Source of the DNA: Octopus sinensis
Lineage: Eukaryota
DNA length: 64,000 bases
Direction of reading: 5' to 3'
Assembly: GCF_006345805.1 (NCBI RefSeq)
Contig: NC_043009.1
Location: forward strand, 58,652,001-58,716,000
Below are positions 14,305-25,911 of the stretch, in pieces (within the stretch, counting starts at the first letter, position 1; every line of letters begins with the position of its first letter). The notes below the pieces were generated by a model. The model saw nothing but the letters and a program-made list of their open reading frames with translations. It did no database searches and was not told where the DNA came from. Made by a program: the position numbers and the translations under genes.

Positions 14305-14378
14305 CATTATTATTTTGGTTGTAAATGCATATGCGGTATGTATAGATATCTCGATAGGTAGTCACATATTCGCATGCG

Positions 14379-14421
<43 letters not shown>

Positions 14422-14640
14422 TGTGCGTGTGTGTGTTTGTGCGGTGTGGGTGTGTGGTGTGTGTGTGTATGTCTATATATGGTGTATATATATATATATA
14501 CACACATACACACGCACACACACACGAACACCATACACATACACATACTCTATATATATATATATATAATATATATATATGGGCATATGTATGTATGCAT
14601 ATATCTATGTATTTATGTATGCATGTACGTGTATATACAC
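13890..14640. repeat. Compound microsatellites (TA)n, (AAT)n/(ATT)n, (TG)n, (CA)n
   Basis: Directly visible. Confidence 0.9.
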
Positions 14641-15022
14641 CAACCATTTATAATATCGAAAGCTGCTCTTACGTCGCAAGACTTGTAAGTTTCTCAATTT
14701 GAACAGCAGGTGACAATGCGATTAACCACCGAAGTTTCTACTTATCTGTGAGACTCTTTCGATAAATATTCTTTATCGTCACGTGATAAATATTTAATGC
14801 ATTCTTCTCGTGTGTGTAATACATATGAGGATAAAGATCTAACTCCGATTATCTTTAGGACCATTTGGGAACTCTTAATAATGAAGTGCTCCGCATAGAT
14901 TAATCAAGATTATAATACCTCTCCTATAAGCCTTCTAGCATTATTTATTGCCAAACCCCAAGGCCATGACTCTGAAGATATTTATTTTGCATTCCTAAAG
15001 ATATTTCGCAGTTATATTTCTC

Positions 15023-15059
<37 letters not shown>

Positions 15060-15555
15060 CGGAATAAAGTGAGAGTTGGAGGCAGAGAGAGATAAACAGA
15101 CAGATAGATAGAGAGAGTAGCTAATTCATCAATGTGTCCCTTATCAATTGATATTTCTTGCAAACACTGTTTTAGTTTGTAAATATTTTATTTTATAGTA
15201 AAGCAAATAATTTACTTTAGTTCAACAGCAGCTGATCAGTTGAATGTTCACAGAAATTTCTAGATTTCACCCGAGGTAAAGAGTGGTGGTATAAATTGTA
15301 TATTTTCTTTGTGGGTTGAACCAGAGATCGGTTTAACAGTTTATTTAATTCGTTTAGACTACACATGGAGACGATGCTCATTCCTTGTAATCTTGCTAAG
15401 ATTAAAACTGTACTGCCTACATGCATGTGTGTTTAGCAACTATATAATATATATATACATACGTACTTATATACGTACATCCCTACATACATACACACAT
15501 ACACACATGCATACATACATACATGCATATATACATAGATACCTACAAACAAAAA

Positions 15556-15662
15556 TATCCTGTTGTTCCTGTTGAAATTCCAATGAAGGGGCTTTGGATA
15601 CAGGTTAGAAACCACTTCTTTCTCTATTTGCAAGAAATCTTGGAATAAGCTGAATAATGGCA
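15556..15662 (+). repeat. ~105-bp interspersed unit followed by (CATA)n, copy 1; possible Penelope-like terminal repeat
   Basis: Colinear with 16020-16125 (shared blocks tgttgaaattccaat, ttagaa, caagaaatct, gaataatg). Confidence 0.6.
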
Positions 15663-16012
15663 TACATACATACATACATACATACATACATACATACATT
15701 CATACATTCATACATACATACATACATACATTCATACATTCATACACACATACACACATACATAATAGATTCATACGTACATACATACATACATACATAC
15801 ATACATACATACATACATACAAACATACATACATAGAAACATACATACAAACATAAATACACACATTCATACATACATAGATACAAACATTCATACATAC
15901 ATACAAACATACATACATACATACATACAAACATACATTCATACATAAATACATACATACATACATACAAACGTACAAACATACATACATACATACATAC
16001 ATACATACACAC
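15661..16012. repeat. (CATA)n tetranucleotide array
   Basis: Directly visible; produces the MYVC ORFs. Confidence 0.95.
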
Positions 16013-16019
16013 AAACCTA

Positions 16020-16125
16020 CACTGCTGCTGTTGTTGAAATTCCAATAAACGTGTTGAAGATCTAGATTAGAAGCATAAACTTTCCAAAGTGTCAAGAAAT
16101 CTCAAGTTTTCAGAATAATGACGTA
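16020..16125 (+). repeat. ~105-bp unit, diverged copy 2
   Basis: Same conserved blocks at the same spacing as 15556-15662. Confidence 0.6.
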
Positions 16126-16149
16126 CATACATTTCTTTCTGTTTCTTTG

Positions 16150-16163
16150 CCTATCTATCTATG

Positions 16164-16195
<32 letters not shown>

Positions 16196-16196
16196 A

Positions 16197-16241
<45 letters not shown>

Positions 16242-16276
16242 CCTATCTATCTATCTATCTTTTTTCTAGCTTTCTT

Positions 16277-16331
<55 letters not shown>

Positions 16332-16396
16332 GTCTGTCTTCCTACCTGTCTGTTTGTCTGACTGATTGATCGTCTGTCTGTCTTTCTTTCTTTCTT

Positions 16397-16439
<43 letters not shown>

Positions 16440-16440
16440 G
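16150..16440. repeat. (CTAT)n array with (CTGT)/(CTTT) variants
   Basis: Directly visible. Confidence 0.95.
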
Positions 16441-16476
16441 TGTGTGTTTGAGTGTGTGTTTATGTGTGCATATTTC

Positions 16477-16670
16477 TTTCCCTTGTTTCAGTTATTTGAC
16501 TGTAGCCATGTTCGAGCACCACCGTAAGTGTATGCATGTAATTTTCATTGGTTTCACTGAAGCCCCTCACTAAACACTAAAGCTATTCACAACAGTCATT
16601 GCACTGAAGCCATATTGGTGCTCCAGCTTCAACTGTTTTGTCGAACAAATCCACTGATGTACTTAGCTTT
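16477..16670 (-). mobile_element. SINE D tail fragments
   Basis: ttgtttcagttatttgactgtagccatgttcgagcacc ... gtcgaacaaatc. Confidence 0.6.
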
Positions 16671-16822
16671 ATCCGCTGTTAATTAATTATTCTGTTCGTC
16701 ATCCATTTTGTCAATTGTAAATTTCACTACGCTGCTTGTCGACCGTTTGCGGGAACAAACACAGACAAGGAGATACATACACATACATAAACACACACGC
16801 ATACTCACATACACACACACAC

Positions 16823-16972
16823 GTCACAACTCATTTGTACAGCTGAGTGAACTGGAGCAACGTGAAATAAAGAGTCTTGCTTTAGAACACAACACGCAGC
16901 CCGGTCCGGGAATCGAACTCACAACCTCACAATCGTAAGCTCGGCGCTCTGACCACCGAGGCATGCACCTTC
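16823..16972 (-). mobile_element. SINE C 5' part (head and central domain)
   Basis: Near-identical to 35700-35856. Confidence 0.85.
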
Positions 16973-16974
16973 AT

Positions 16975-17140
<166 letters not shown>

Positions 17141-17200
17141 ATATAGTTATGTAGAGGTTTGAAAAGGAACACACGAGTTGATATATATGGATTAAAACGT

Positions 17201-17562
17201 CAAGTTAGAAAATGCTAAATTAATTTTATAAAAAAACATTTCAGTAACGGTTTCCGTCAGTGAAACTTTTTCAACTGTATGTATGGAAAACAATTAAAAA
17301 CTGCTTTTGCCAGTTTCTGTCTCTCTTGTTCACATCGACCTCGAACCCACAGAGTAAACAAGAAATATAGAAACAAACAGGCAGAAACAAGGAAAATGCC
17401 ACTTGTATTTGAACACTATACAAATATTCTTTTAAAAAAAAACTTATCTATTAATTTTTCCAAAATTTAATTGTTTTCCATACTTAGGAGTTGAAAAAGT
17501 CTCAATCACTGAAACCGTTACTGAAATGTTTTTATAAAATTATTTTAGCATTTTCTACCTTG
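17201..17562. mobile_element. Element with ~95-bp imperfect terminal inverted repeats (MITE-like or inverted Penelope-type termini)
   Basis: caagttagaaaatgctaaattaattttataaaaaaacatttcagtaacggtttc...gtatggaaaacaattaaa is mirrored at 17466-17562. Confidence 0.75.
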
Positions 17563-17623
17563 CCTTTTTTCCTTATAGATATAGATATATACATATATAT
17601 GCATGTATATATACATACATACA

Positions 17624-17678
<55 letters not shown>

Positions 17679-17688
<10 letters not shown>

Positions 17689-17922
17689 GAAATGAGGTAC
17701 TCAGAAGATCGGATGTTTTATATTTACAGATATTTATTTGTATATTACATTTTTTATATATATATCATATCACTTAGATCTTTAGCGCTTTCTCCCACTA
17801 GAATGGGAGAAAGCGCTAATGATCTAAGTGATATAATATATATATAAAAAATGTAATATACAAATAAATATCTGTAAATATAGACCATCCGATCTTCTGA
17901 GTACCTCATTTCTTCTAATATA
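17679..17922. repeat. Near-perfect 244-bp palindrome (arms about 119 bp, 6-nt loop)
   Basis: Arms end gcgctttctccca / tgggagaaagcgc around loop ctagaa (17798-17803); about 4 mismatches counted by eye. Confidence 0.95.
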
Positions 17923-17972
17923 TAATACCTGTACATCATCTCCAAACCTTCCAATATATATATATATATATA

Positions 17973-18366
17973 TCTATATATATAAAAGTGAAGTTGTGTG
18001 AGTGTCTGTCTCCTACGATTTAGATTCCTAACTACTCCCACATTTTGCGGTGCAGTTTAACCAAAACCGGGTATCTTATAGTCGTGATTCATATCGATCC
18101 CTTCTGGGTTTTAGCGCGCGTCTACGATGAGTCTACGATTTTTAAAATAATTTACCCTAATTTTTTTCCATTTTAAAGCATATTTTTTTAATAAAGGGAA
18201 GTAACTCTCTAAAAATGTCTACGATGAGTCAACGATTTAAAAAAAATTACCATCATTTTTTTTCCATTTTTAATGCATTTTTTGCTGTTTTTTGGCTATA
18301 ACTCTCTAAAAATGCTTTATAGTTATTTCCCTTACGAACCCGAGCAACGCCGGGCGATACTGCTAA
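17973..18366 (+). mobile_element. Non-autonomous Helitron
   Basis: 5' TC after A; subterminal hairpin cccgagcaacgccggg; 3' CTAA (CTRR) followed by T; no TIR or TSD; internal diverged duplication starting gtctacgatgagtc. Confidence 0.85.
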
Positions 18367-18399
18367 TATATATATATATATATATATATGCATTCTTGC

Positions 18400-18816
18400 A
18401 TTCTTTATTCTCTTATTCCTATAATCATTTCATTCGTTTGACAGCGGCTATACCGGAGCAACACCTTCAAGGAACAAATCGACCCAAAACTTATACTTTA
18501 TAAGCCTAGCACTTATGCTATCGGTGTCCTTTGCTGAACTGCTAAGTTATGGGAACCTAAACACACCAGCATCAATTATCAAGGGATGGTGGAGGGATAA
18601 TCACAGACACACAGACACACAGATATAAATATATACATACACACACATATATAATATATACGACGGGCTTCTCTCAGTTTTCGTCTACGAAATCCACTCC
18701 CAAGTTTTTGGTCGACCGACCCAGGGATATATTAGAGGACACTTGCCCAGGGTACCACGCAGAGGATTGAAACCGTAACCATGTGGTTGGGAAGCAAACT
18801 TCTTAGCACATAGCTA
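18400..18816 (-). mobile_element. SINE D, full length, diverged
   Basis: Tail, central (TA/CA)n and head on the minus strand. Confidence 0.85.
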
Positions 18817-19900
18817 TACACACGCTCACACACACATATGTATATGACAGATTCCGACCACCAAATTCACTGATAAAACGTTGGTTAGTCTGAGGCTATA
18901 GCGGAATGTATTTTTCCAAATTCCGCGCTGTTGCCCTGAACGGAAAATTCCGTCTTCGTAAGGGTAGAATCTAATGTTGCAAACACGGGGCCCTTAATCA
19001 CACAACTATAAGTAACCAGGTGTGAATTTGCATGAGACTCTAAAGGGGTTAGAATTCGGTGCCAGGGAACTTGTCAAACTGTTTACATAATTGATTTGGC
19101 TTGAATTTCAGGTCCTGGTTACATTTATGTAGCTTCACAGGAAAATGTGTGTGTAGACGCCTATCTTGTCTGTCCTTGTGAATCTATACGTGCATGCAGA
19201 TGCGTTTGTGTGTGCATATACAATACATGTGTGTGTGTGTGCTTGGGTATTAGCCCACAACCTGGTGTTTCTCGAGTTGAACAATTGATATAAATGGCCA
19301 GCATTGTTTTAGTGAAAGCATATTCAGTTTAATAGAACAATGGTTGATTTGCCATGGAAATTTGTCTTTCATGTAAGAAGTTAAATGGTTTTTCCACTAC
19401 ATTTATAATACTCCGATATTTAATGCACTGTTCTACAGATATTCATATAATATGAATAATATATTTCGCAACTTAATTGTGTGACGTATAAGTTAATACA
19501 TGAATATTAAATAAAAACACAGAATGAAATGAAATGAAAGTGAAAGTTACGTTTCATTTGTAACTATTATCGTTAAGTATACTTACACTTGTATCTTGCT
19601 GCTTTTTAATTCTTAAAATAATTCTTAATAATGAATGCAAAACTGTGTCAGTGGATGTGAAGCATACATGGAAATATAATCATTATTAAAACCTGTGAAA
19701 ACCGGCAAGCTTCGGGGAAAACCAACGCATTAAAATATTCGAATTGGTCAAATGTAAGGCAGTCAGTGATAATGACTTGACATTAGTTTCCACGAAACAT
19801 AGTCGATATATGTGATTTGCGCCGACTAATATACTGATATGCTTGGAGTGATATACTGTTCGATATATATGCAGTATACCATTGGGAATTCTGGTTAATA

Positions 19901-21156
19901 CGAGTTGGTATCAAAAAGATACCGCACTGGTTATACTTAATTAAAATAAAGTTATTTACATACGTTTTAACATAATTTGCTCCGAAATCGTGACCTTGCG
20001 ACATCACTTTTGCATTCTGACCTGGAATTTGTTTTTCGTAAATGAGTCGAAGGCCTTCTGTATTTCGTTCTTTATCTCGACAACAGTGTTAAAACGGCAA
20101 TCTTTGAGCTGCCTTTTCATTTTGGGGAAAAGATGGAAGTTCGCAGGTATCACCACTGGTGAACAGGGCGGGTGCAGAAGCAATGCCATGTTGTTTTCGG
20201 TGATAAACTCACGAGTGAAGGGAGCTCGGTGACAAGGTGCATTGTCCTCTTCAAAAACCTTATTCTTCGCGTTGCACAGATCCGGTTGCTGTTGTCGCTA
20301 GGTTGCTTTTGTCAAACGCCTCAAAACGTTGCAGTAGAACTCGCGATTGACGGTCTAGCCTAGTGGGACCAGTTCTCGATGCGCATTATCACAGATGTCG
20401 AAAGAAAAAAAGGAGGTGCTCATGATTTATCTGCGGCTCTGTCGTGCACTCAACGGTCGTGGAGATGCAGAGCTTTTCCATTGTGACGACTGCTGCTTCA
20501 TCTCAGGGTCTTACCCTTAGGCACAACTCTCGTCACCATTGATGATCCTCCACATGAATGGGACATCAGAGGAATGCTTATGCATATCTTGGAAGACTTC
20601 GACGCGATGTTCTTTCTGCTCAGTGGTCAGCAGGCAGAGACACGTTGTATGTTCAAACCCATATTACAACCAACAACATAACCAACGTCGTTGATTGTCT
20701 TTCCACTGATCCTCGTGTAAGTGCAGAGAAATTTTCTTCACACTCCCGGAGTGTCTCCCGTGGCAGGTCTTTCGGATCGCTAATCGTCTTCGACGGACGC
20801 TCATTCGCCTTTGAAGACCCTGTGCTACTAGAATTATTGTGTACGACCCAAAGCCTCGTCACTGTAAGCTTGACTAAGCGTGCCTAATGTCTCTGTAGCA
20901 GACTTCTCAAGTTTAATATAAGACTTTACGTTGGCTCTTCGTTCTATCTTTCCGTCCACGCCGACATCAAAGACTACAGCATGTACATGATTACAAAACC
21001 ACATATTTCACAACTTACGAAGTAAACACAACGGTGTCACAGAACGGCAGACTGTCTCATGGAGGGCACTGCTAGCTCTCACTGTGCATGTAAACGTGTG
21101 CTGCCATCTGTTGGCGCACCACTGAACTAATCCGGAAACTTTTTGATACAACCTCG
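19901..21156 (-). mobile_element. Full-length decayed mariner transposon (transposase pseudogene)
   Basis: Imperfect TIRs cgagttggtatcaaaaag / ctttttgatacaacctcg; TA at left; minus-strand remnants YDPEMKQQSSQWK, DNAPCH, HPPCSP..ANFHLFPKMKRQLK (YSPDL-type region); multiple stops and frameshifts. Confidence 0.9.
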
Positions 21157-22719
21157 CATCATGTCAGAACCTCTGATAAAATGATTTCTAATTTAAATTA
21201 GGAGTTTCCTAATTTTGAGCATTCTACATAATATTCGTCAAAAGCTGTGTTTGTCAACTATATTTTATCTATTGAACCCGTTAATTTGTATTCTATTCTG
21301 GTGGACGCCCTTAACCATTCGATACTTAAGAACTGATTCTATAGATACGATTTCCAAAACTTAGATATTATTCACATATCAGCTAAATAAGTTGAACTAT
21401 TTAAAATGTTTGAGAAAGAAATTTAGCTGTTTCTTGCAATACATACTTCTATATCATATTTTTATGAAACAAAATATTAGTGAATTTCCAATTTACTATT
21501 TCGCTTGCGTGGGCCTCACCAAAATCTTCTGTGGATGCCTGGCGGAATTATTTATCCTTAATGCATAGCGTACATAAAACTGAAGCATCTTCAATCGAAA
21601 TTACTCATCGTTGGGGATGAGAGGAATCCTAAGTTTAATTACGTTCTCTTCTTTGACACATTTACTAAAAGGTTCGAAATTTTGTGATTTAAGCTTTTTG
21701 TTCCTTTTTGTGCAGCCATTTTGATTCAATTCAGACCGCACGATTATTAAGAAACAGTTTTTTGACTGACATCTATGCGACTGTAGATCTGAAGATTCTA
21801 TCGGATATAAAAAATGTTTCAAACTTTCGTGGACAACGGCAGAGTCTACACTTTCTGAACTTGAGATTTTCCTGGAAGTGCCTGCAACATCTGTTTTTAA
21901 ATGCTGTAGAACGTAATATCTTTGAACGAAAGTACTGCTTTTTCATGCAATCACTTGATTGTCAGACAATGATGCTACAGTTTGAAAGCACATTTCAGAT
22001 CGATTTGTCTGCTGTCTTGACAACTGTACAAGTAGAGTTATATCTGTTATTTCTCTGACGCCATTATTCATAGAAGACAAGCTTCCTTCTACAACGTATA
22101 ACAAATGATTGACAACTGACCGTATAAGTCATCTCGAAAAAGACGGACACACGTATTTAAACAGTGTGAAAATTTAAATTTGGTCGAAAGAGATGAGAAC
22201 TTAAGGAAAATAAAGGTTTCATAGGCGTTTCTTCTAACTGGCAAAATTCTTTTACAGAACTTGCATTGTAACAGTTCTCTTACGATATTATCCCGAAGTG
22301 TTTGGTCAAGGGTCTCTAGTGCTCTAAAGTATAACATTTCATTATCATTCCGTACAATCAACAGGTGTCTCTGAGAAAGCTACTTGATTCTAGAATTTTT
22401 TGCTGACTTTATAAATCCATTAGGCGTATAATTTGTATCACATCCCAAAGAAGTGTGTTAAACAATGAGTACTGCACAATCCTTCTGGGACGCATGTAAG
22501 AGCCACGCCTGAAGGAGCAACAACAACAATAGTAAAGCGTTTATGTAAGTTCATGCCCTTGAATTTATGTTGGGCTACGAAGGAGATCCTCCGGAATTTT
22601 GTTTTATTTGTAGAGGCTTAGACGGACGACTAAATGGTGAGCATTTCCACATAGGTTCGTTTGCTTTTGTGTCGAGGTATCCTGGTTAGACTTAGAGAAG
22701 AAATTCAAACTTAAACAAT

Positions 22720-22883
22720 AGGTGCAGTAGTGGCTGTGTGGTAAGTAGCTTGCTTACGAACCACATGGTTCCGGGTTCAGTCCCACTGCGTGGCCGCTTG
22801 GGCAAGTGTCTTCTATTATAGCCTAGGGATGACCAAAGCCTTATGAGTGGATTTGGGAGGCAGAAACTGAAAGAAGCCCTCCG

Positions 22884-22916
<33 letters not shown>

Positions 22917-23156
22917 ACATGTGTGTTTGTGTGCCTGTCTTTGTCCCTCCGCCCCCAACATCGCTTGACAACCGATGCTGGTGTGTTTACGTCCCCGTAA
23001 CTTAGCGGTTTGGCAAAAGAGACCGATAGAAAAAATGTGTGTAGTGGCTACCGATCTAACATATATACAAAGAATAAGTCCTGGGGTTGATTTGCTCGAC
23101 TAAAGTTGGTGCTCCAGCATGGCCGCAGTCAATTGACTGAAACAAGTAAAAGAGTA
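22720..23156 (+). mobile_element. SINE D, full length
   Basis: tggctgtgtggtaag A box, gggttcagtccc B box, ttgggcaagtgtctt CORE-like block, aagtaaaagagt tail. Confidence 0.92.
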
Positions 23157-23471
23157 ATCTCTCCTCAGTTACAACGTTATCAAATTCATATCATAAATAG
23201 AGATATACGTCTGATTTAGCTATTTTACGTGAGTATTAAAATTACAGAGTCCAGTTGATAGCCTGGAGATGTTAGATGTCTCTCCTGTTAAGTCGAATTG
23301 TTATATTGATGAAGATGTTGCAGATGTTGCATTTGATTGATTTCGTTTTGAACCGTACAGGATGTCCAGATTGAAAGACTGGGCCATCGCCACTTTTCAC
23401 ATTATATTGCACACGACCGTCATTTGTGGTGGTGTTGGTTGTGTCCCTATTTTCCTTGATTGTGACGGGGA

Positions 23472-23872
23472 TACTCTTTTACTTGTTTCGGTCATTTGAC
23501 TGTAGCCATGCTGGAGCACCACCTTTAGTCGAGCAAATCAACCCCTGGACTTATTGTTTGTAAACCTAGTACTTATTCTATTGGTCTATTTTGTCGAACC
23601 GCTAAGTTACGGAGACGTAAACACACCAGCATCGATTGTCAAGCGACGTTGGGGGGACAAAGACAGGCACACAAACACAACATATATATATATACATATA
23701 CATATATACGACGGGCTTCTTTCAGTTTCCGTCTACCAAATCCACTCAGAAGGCTTTGGTCAGCCCGAGGCTATAGTAGAAGACACTTGCCCAAAGTGCC
23801 ACGCAGTGGGACTGAACCCGGAACCATGTGGTTGGTAAACAAGCTACTTACCACACAGCGATTCCTACGCCT
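23472..23872 (-). mobile_element. SINE D, full length, inverted relative to 22720-23156
   Basis: Reverse-strand match over the whole length. Confidence 0.92.
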
Positions 23873-24371
23873 ATATGTAATGGTGGATTTACATAATTTC
23901 ATTCTTGTTGTTTACCGCTACTTCAGTTGTGATAACGCACAGTCATGATCAAGGACCGTCATTATATATTTGAGACACACTGTATTGTGTGTTTCAACGT
24001 ATAACGTATCCATCCATTTTAAAGACAAGTGTGTAATTGAAAAAATAATTTTGCTAGTCGACATAGAGATACATCAGTGTAGATTGTGTCACTGCAATTA
24101 GCTTCTCCTATTTGCTGTACTTGTTTTCAGATTGAGCAGATGTACCATCGCAGTGAATTATTTCTCGACGTCTTTGTTCTTTCAAAGATAGGTGTCGAGA
24201 ACTATATAGTACAACATGATCGTCCATTTTTAAAACGCGCGAGTGTGAATGAAGGGAGATTTAACAATTATTTTTAGCATATCGAAAGATAGGAAAAAGT
24301 CCCACTCCTACTCTTGTTATCAGTGGTGACGTGGTAATGGTGTTGTGATAATGGGGTAGTAATGGCATTAG

Positions 24372-24697
24372 TGGAGGCGCAATGGCCCATGGTTAGGGCA
24401 GCGGACTCGCGGTCGAAGGATCGCAATTTCGATTCTCAGGATCGCAATTTCGATTGTCTGTGTTTATTGAGCGAAAACACCTAAAAGCTCCACGAGGCTC
24501 CGGCAGGGGGTAGTGGCGACCCCTGTTGCATTCTTTCGCCACAACATTATCTCACTCTCTCTTCCTGTTTCTTGAGTAACATTGTGATGGTCTGGCGTCC
24601 CGTCCAGCTAGGGAGAACACATACACCACAGAAACAGGGAAATCTGGGCCATGAGCCTGGCTAGGCTTGAAAAGCGCGAAGTTAATCGTTTTTAGTT
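24372..24697 (+). mobile_element. SINE B, tail variant 1, with 15-bp TSD
   Basis: tggcccatggttagggcagcg head; TSD taatggcattagtgg at 24360-24374 and 24698-24712. Confidence 0.9.
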
Positions 24698-24719
24698 TAA
24701 TGGCATTAGTGGTATAAAG

Positions 24720-25430
24720 TGTATCTGTAGCTATTGTGGTAGTAGTAAGATTATGATGCTGGTAGTGGTGGCGCAGGTGGCGATAATTCTGGTGATGTGA
24801 GTAATGGTGGTAGTAGTGGTAGGAAAGGTTGTAATGACACTAGTAGTAGCGGTAGTAGGGGTTATAATGGTGGTGATGTTAGTGGGAGAGATGGTGACAC
24901 ACCATGTGGTGGTAATGGTGGTGAATTTACCAATAGCGGCATGAATAATAATCGTAGTGGTAGTAATGTCGATACAAAAGCTGGAAGAGGTGGTTGTGAT
25001 AATGGTATTGGTAATGGTAGCGATATACTGATAATGGTAGGAATTGTCGGTTATGGATGTAGTTGTGTTCGTAGAAATGGCGGTGTTGGTGGTGGTGGTG
25101 TTGGCCGTCGTTGTCGTCGTTGTCGTTGTCGTTGTCGTCGTCGCTGTGGTGGTTTTAACAGAGGTGTCAGTGAGCGTTAGTAGCTTGAAAAATGGCGGAT
25201 GTAGCGTTGGCGATAATGGCGGCGTTTTTTTTTTTAGCGGCGGAAACGTATATAAGGTTCTGTAATAGTCAGGATGATGGGGTTGGCGGTGAAATTGCTG
25301 CTGTTGGTGATGGTGGTGGAGATGATGGCGTACTGGATGTGCGGGTGATAGTGCTGACAGCGTCACTGATGGAAGCAAGGCTGAGGGTGGTGCTGATGGG
25401 GGTACGATAGTGTCGGTGCGTCAAGGTTTT
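24720..25430. repeat. Degenerate (GGT/GTA/GTC/GAT)n trinucleotide low-complexity tract
   Basis: Period-3 G-rich decayed microsatellite; gives Thr-, Gly- and Val-rich ORFs. Confidence 0.75.
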
Positions 25431-25649
25431 GCAAAGTGATAACGTTCATAATAACATTCTCCTCATGCAATGTGCTGTGGGTTCAGGGATAATTGCAGCT
25501 ATTTTACGGGATGCATCCGTAGCATTTGGTGCATTAGATGCTTTTTCACATTTATAGCTTTTATAACCGTTATTGTGAAAAATGCAAAAAACTCTAAAAA
25601 ATGTTATACGTTCACGGATTTTGCATAAGTGTGTGCACATAAATGTGGC

Positions 25650-25650
25650 A

Positions 25651-25693
<43 letters not shown>

Positions 25694-25721
25694 ATATATA
25701 TACACATACATACATACTACA

Positions 25722-25770
<49 letters not shown>

Positions 25771-25865
25771 TTATATGTATGTATGTATGTATATCTATAT
25801 ATGTGTGTGAGTGAATATATATGTATGCATGCATGTATGTACCTATGTATGTGCATAAATGTATG

Positions 25866-25911
<46 letters not shown>

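Noticed and set aside
15556-16125. CRISPR-like repeat/spacer pattern, or a pair of mutually exclusive exons (DFL..SNL..WNFN on the minus strand, 96 and 84 nt)
   Set aside because: Only two units in eukaryotic DNA with no cas genes; the putative acceptors (AAG, GAG) are weak with no pyrimidine tract, and both units carry (CATA)n tails like a repeat family. RNA-seq could reopen the exon idea
24484-24535. HDV-like ribozyme in SINE B (AGC-TCCACGAG-GCT followed by a hairpin)
   Set aside because: The P3/L3-like motif is there, but I could not find P1, P2 or a C-N-A J4/2 segment
24731-25410. Thr-rich 215-aa and Gly-rich 127-aa ORFs as mucin-like genes
   Set aside because: Overlapping open frames on both strands follow from a decayed GGT/GTN trinucleotide tract; no signal peptide or splice support
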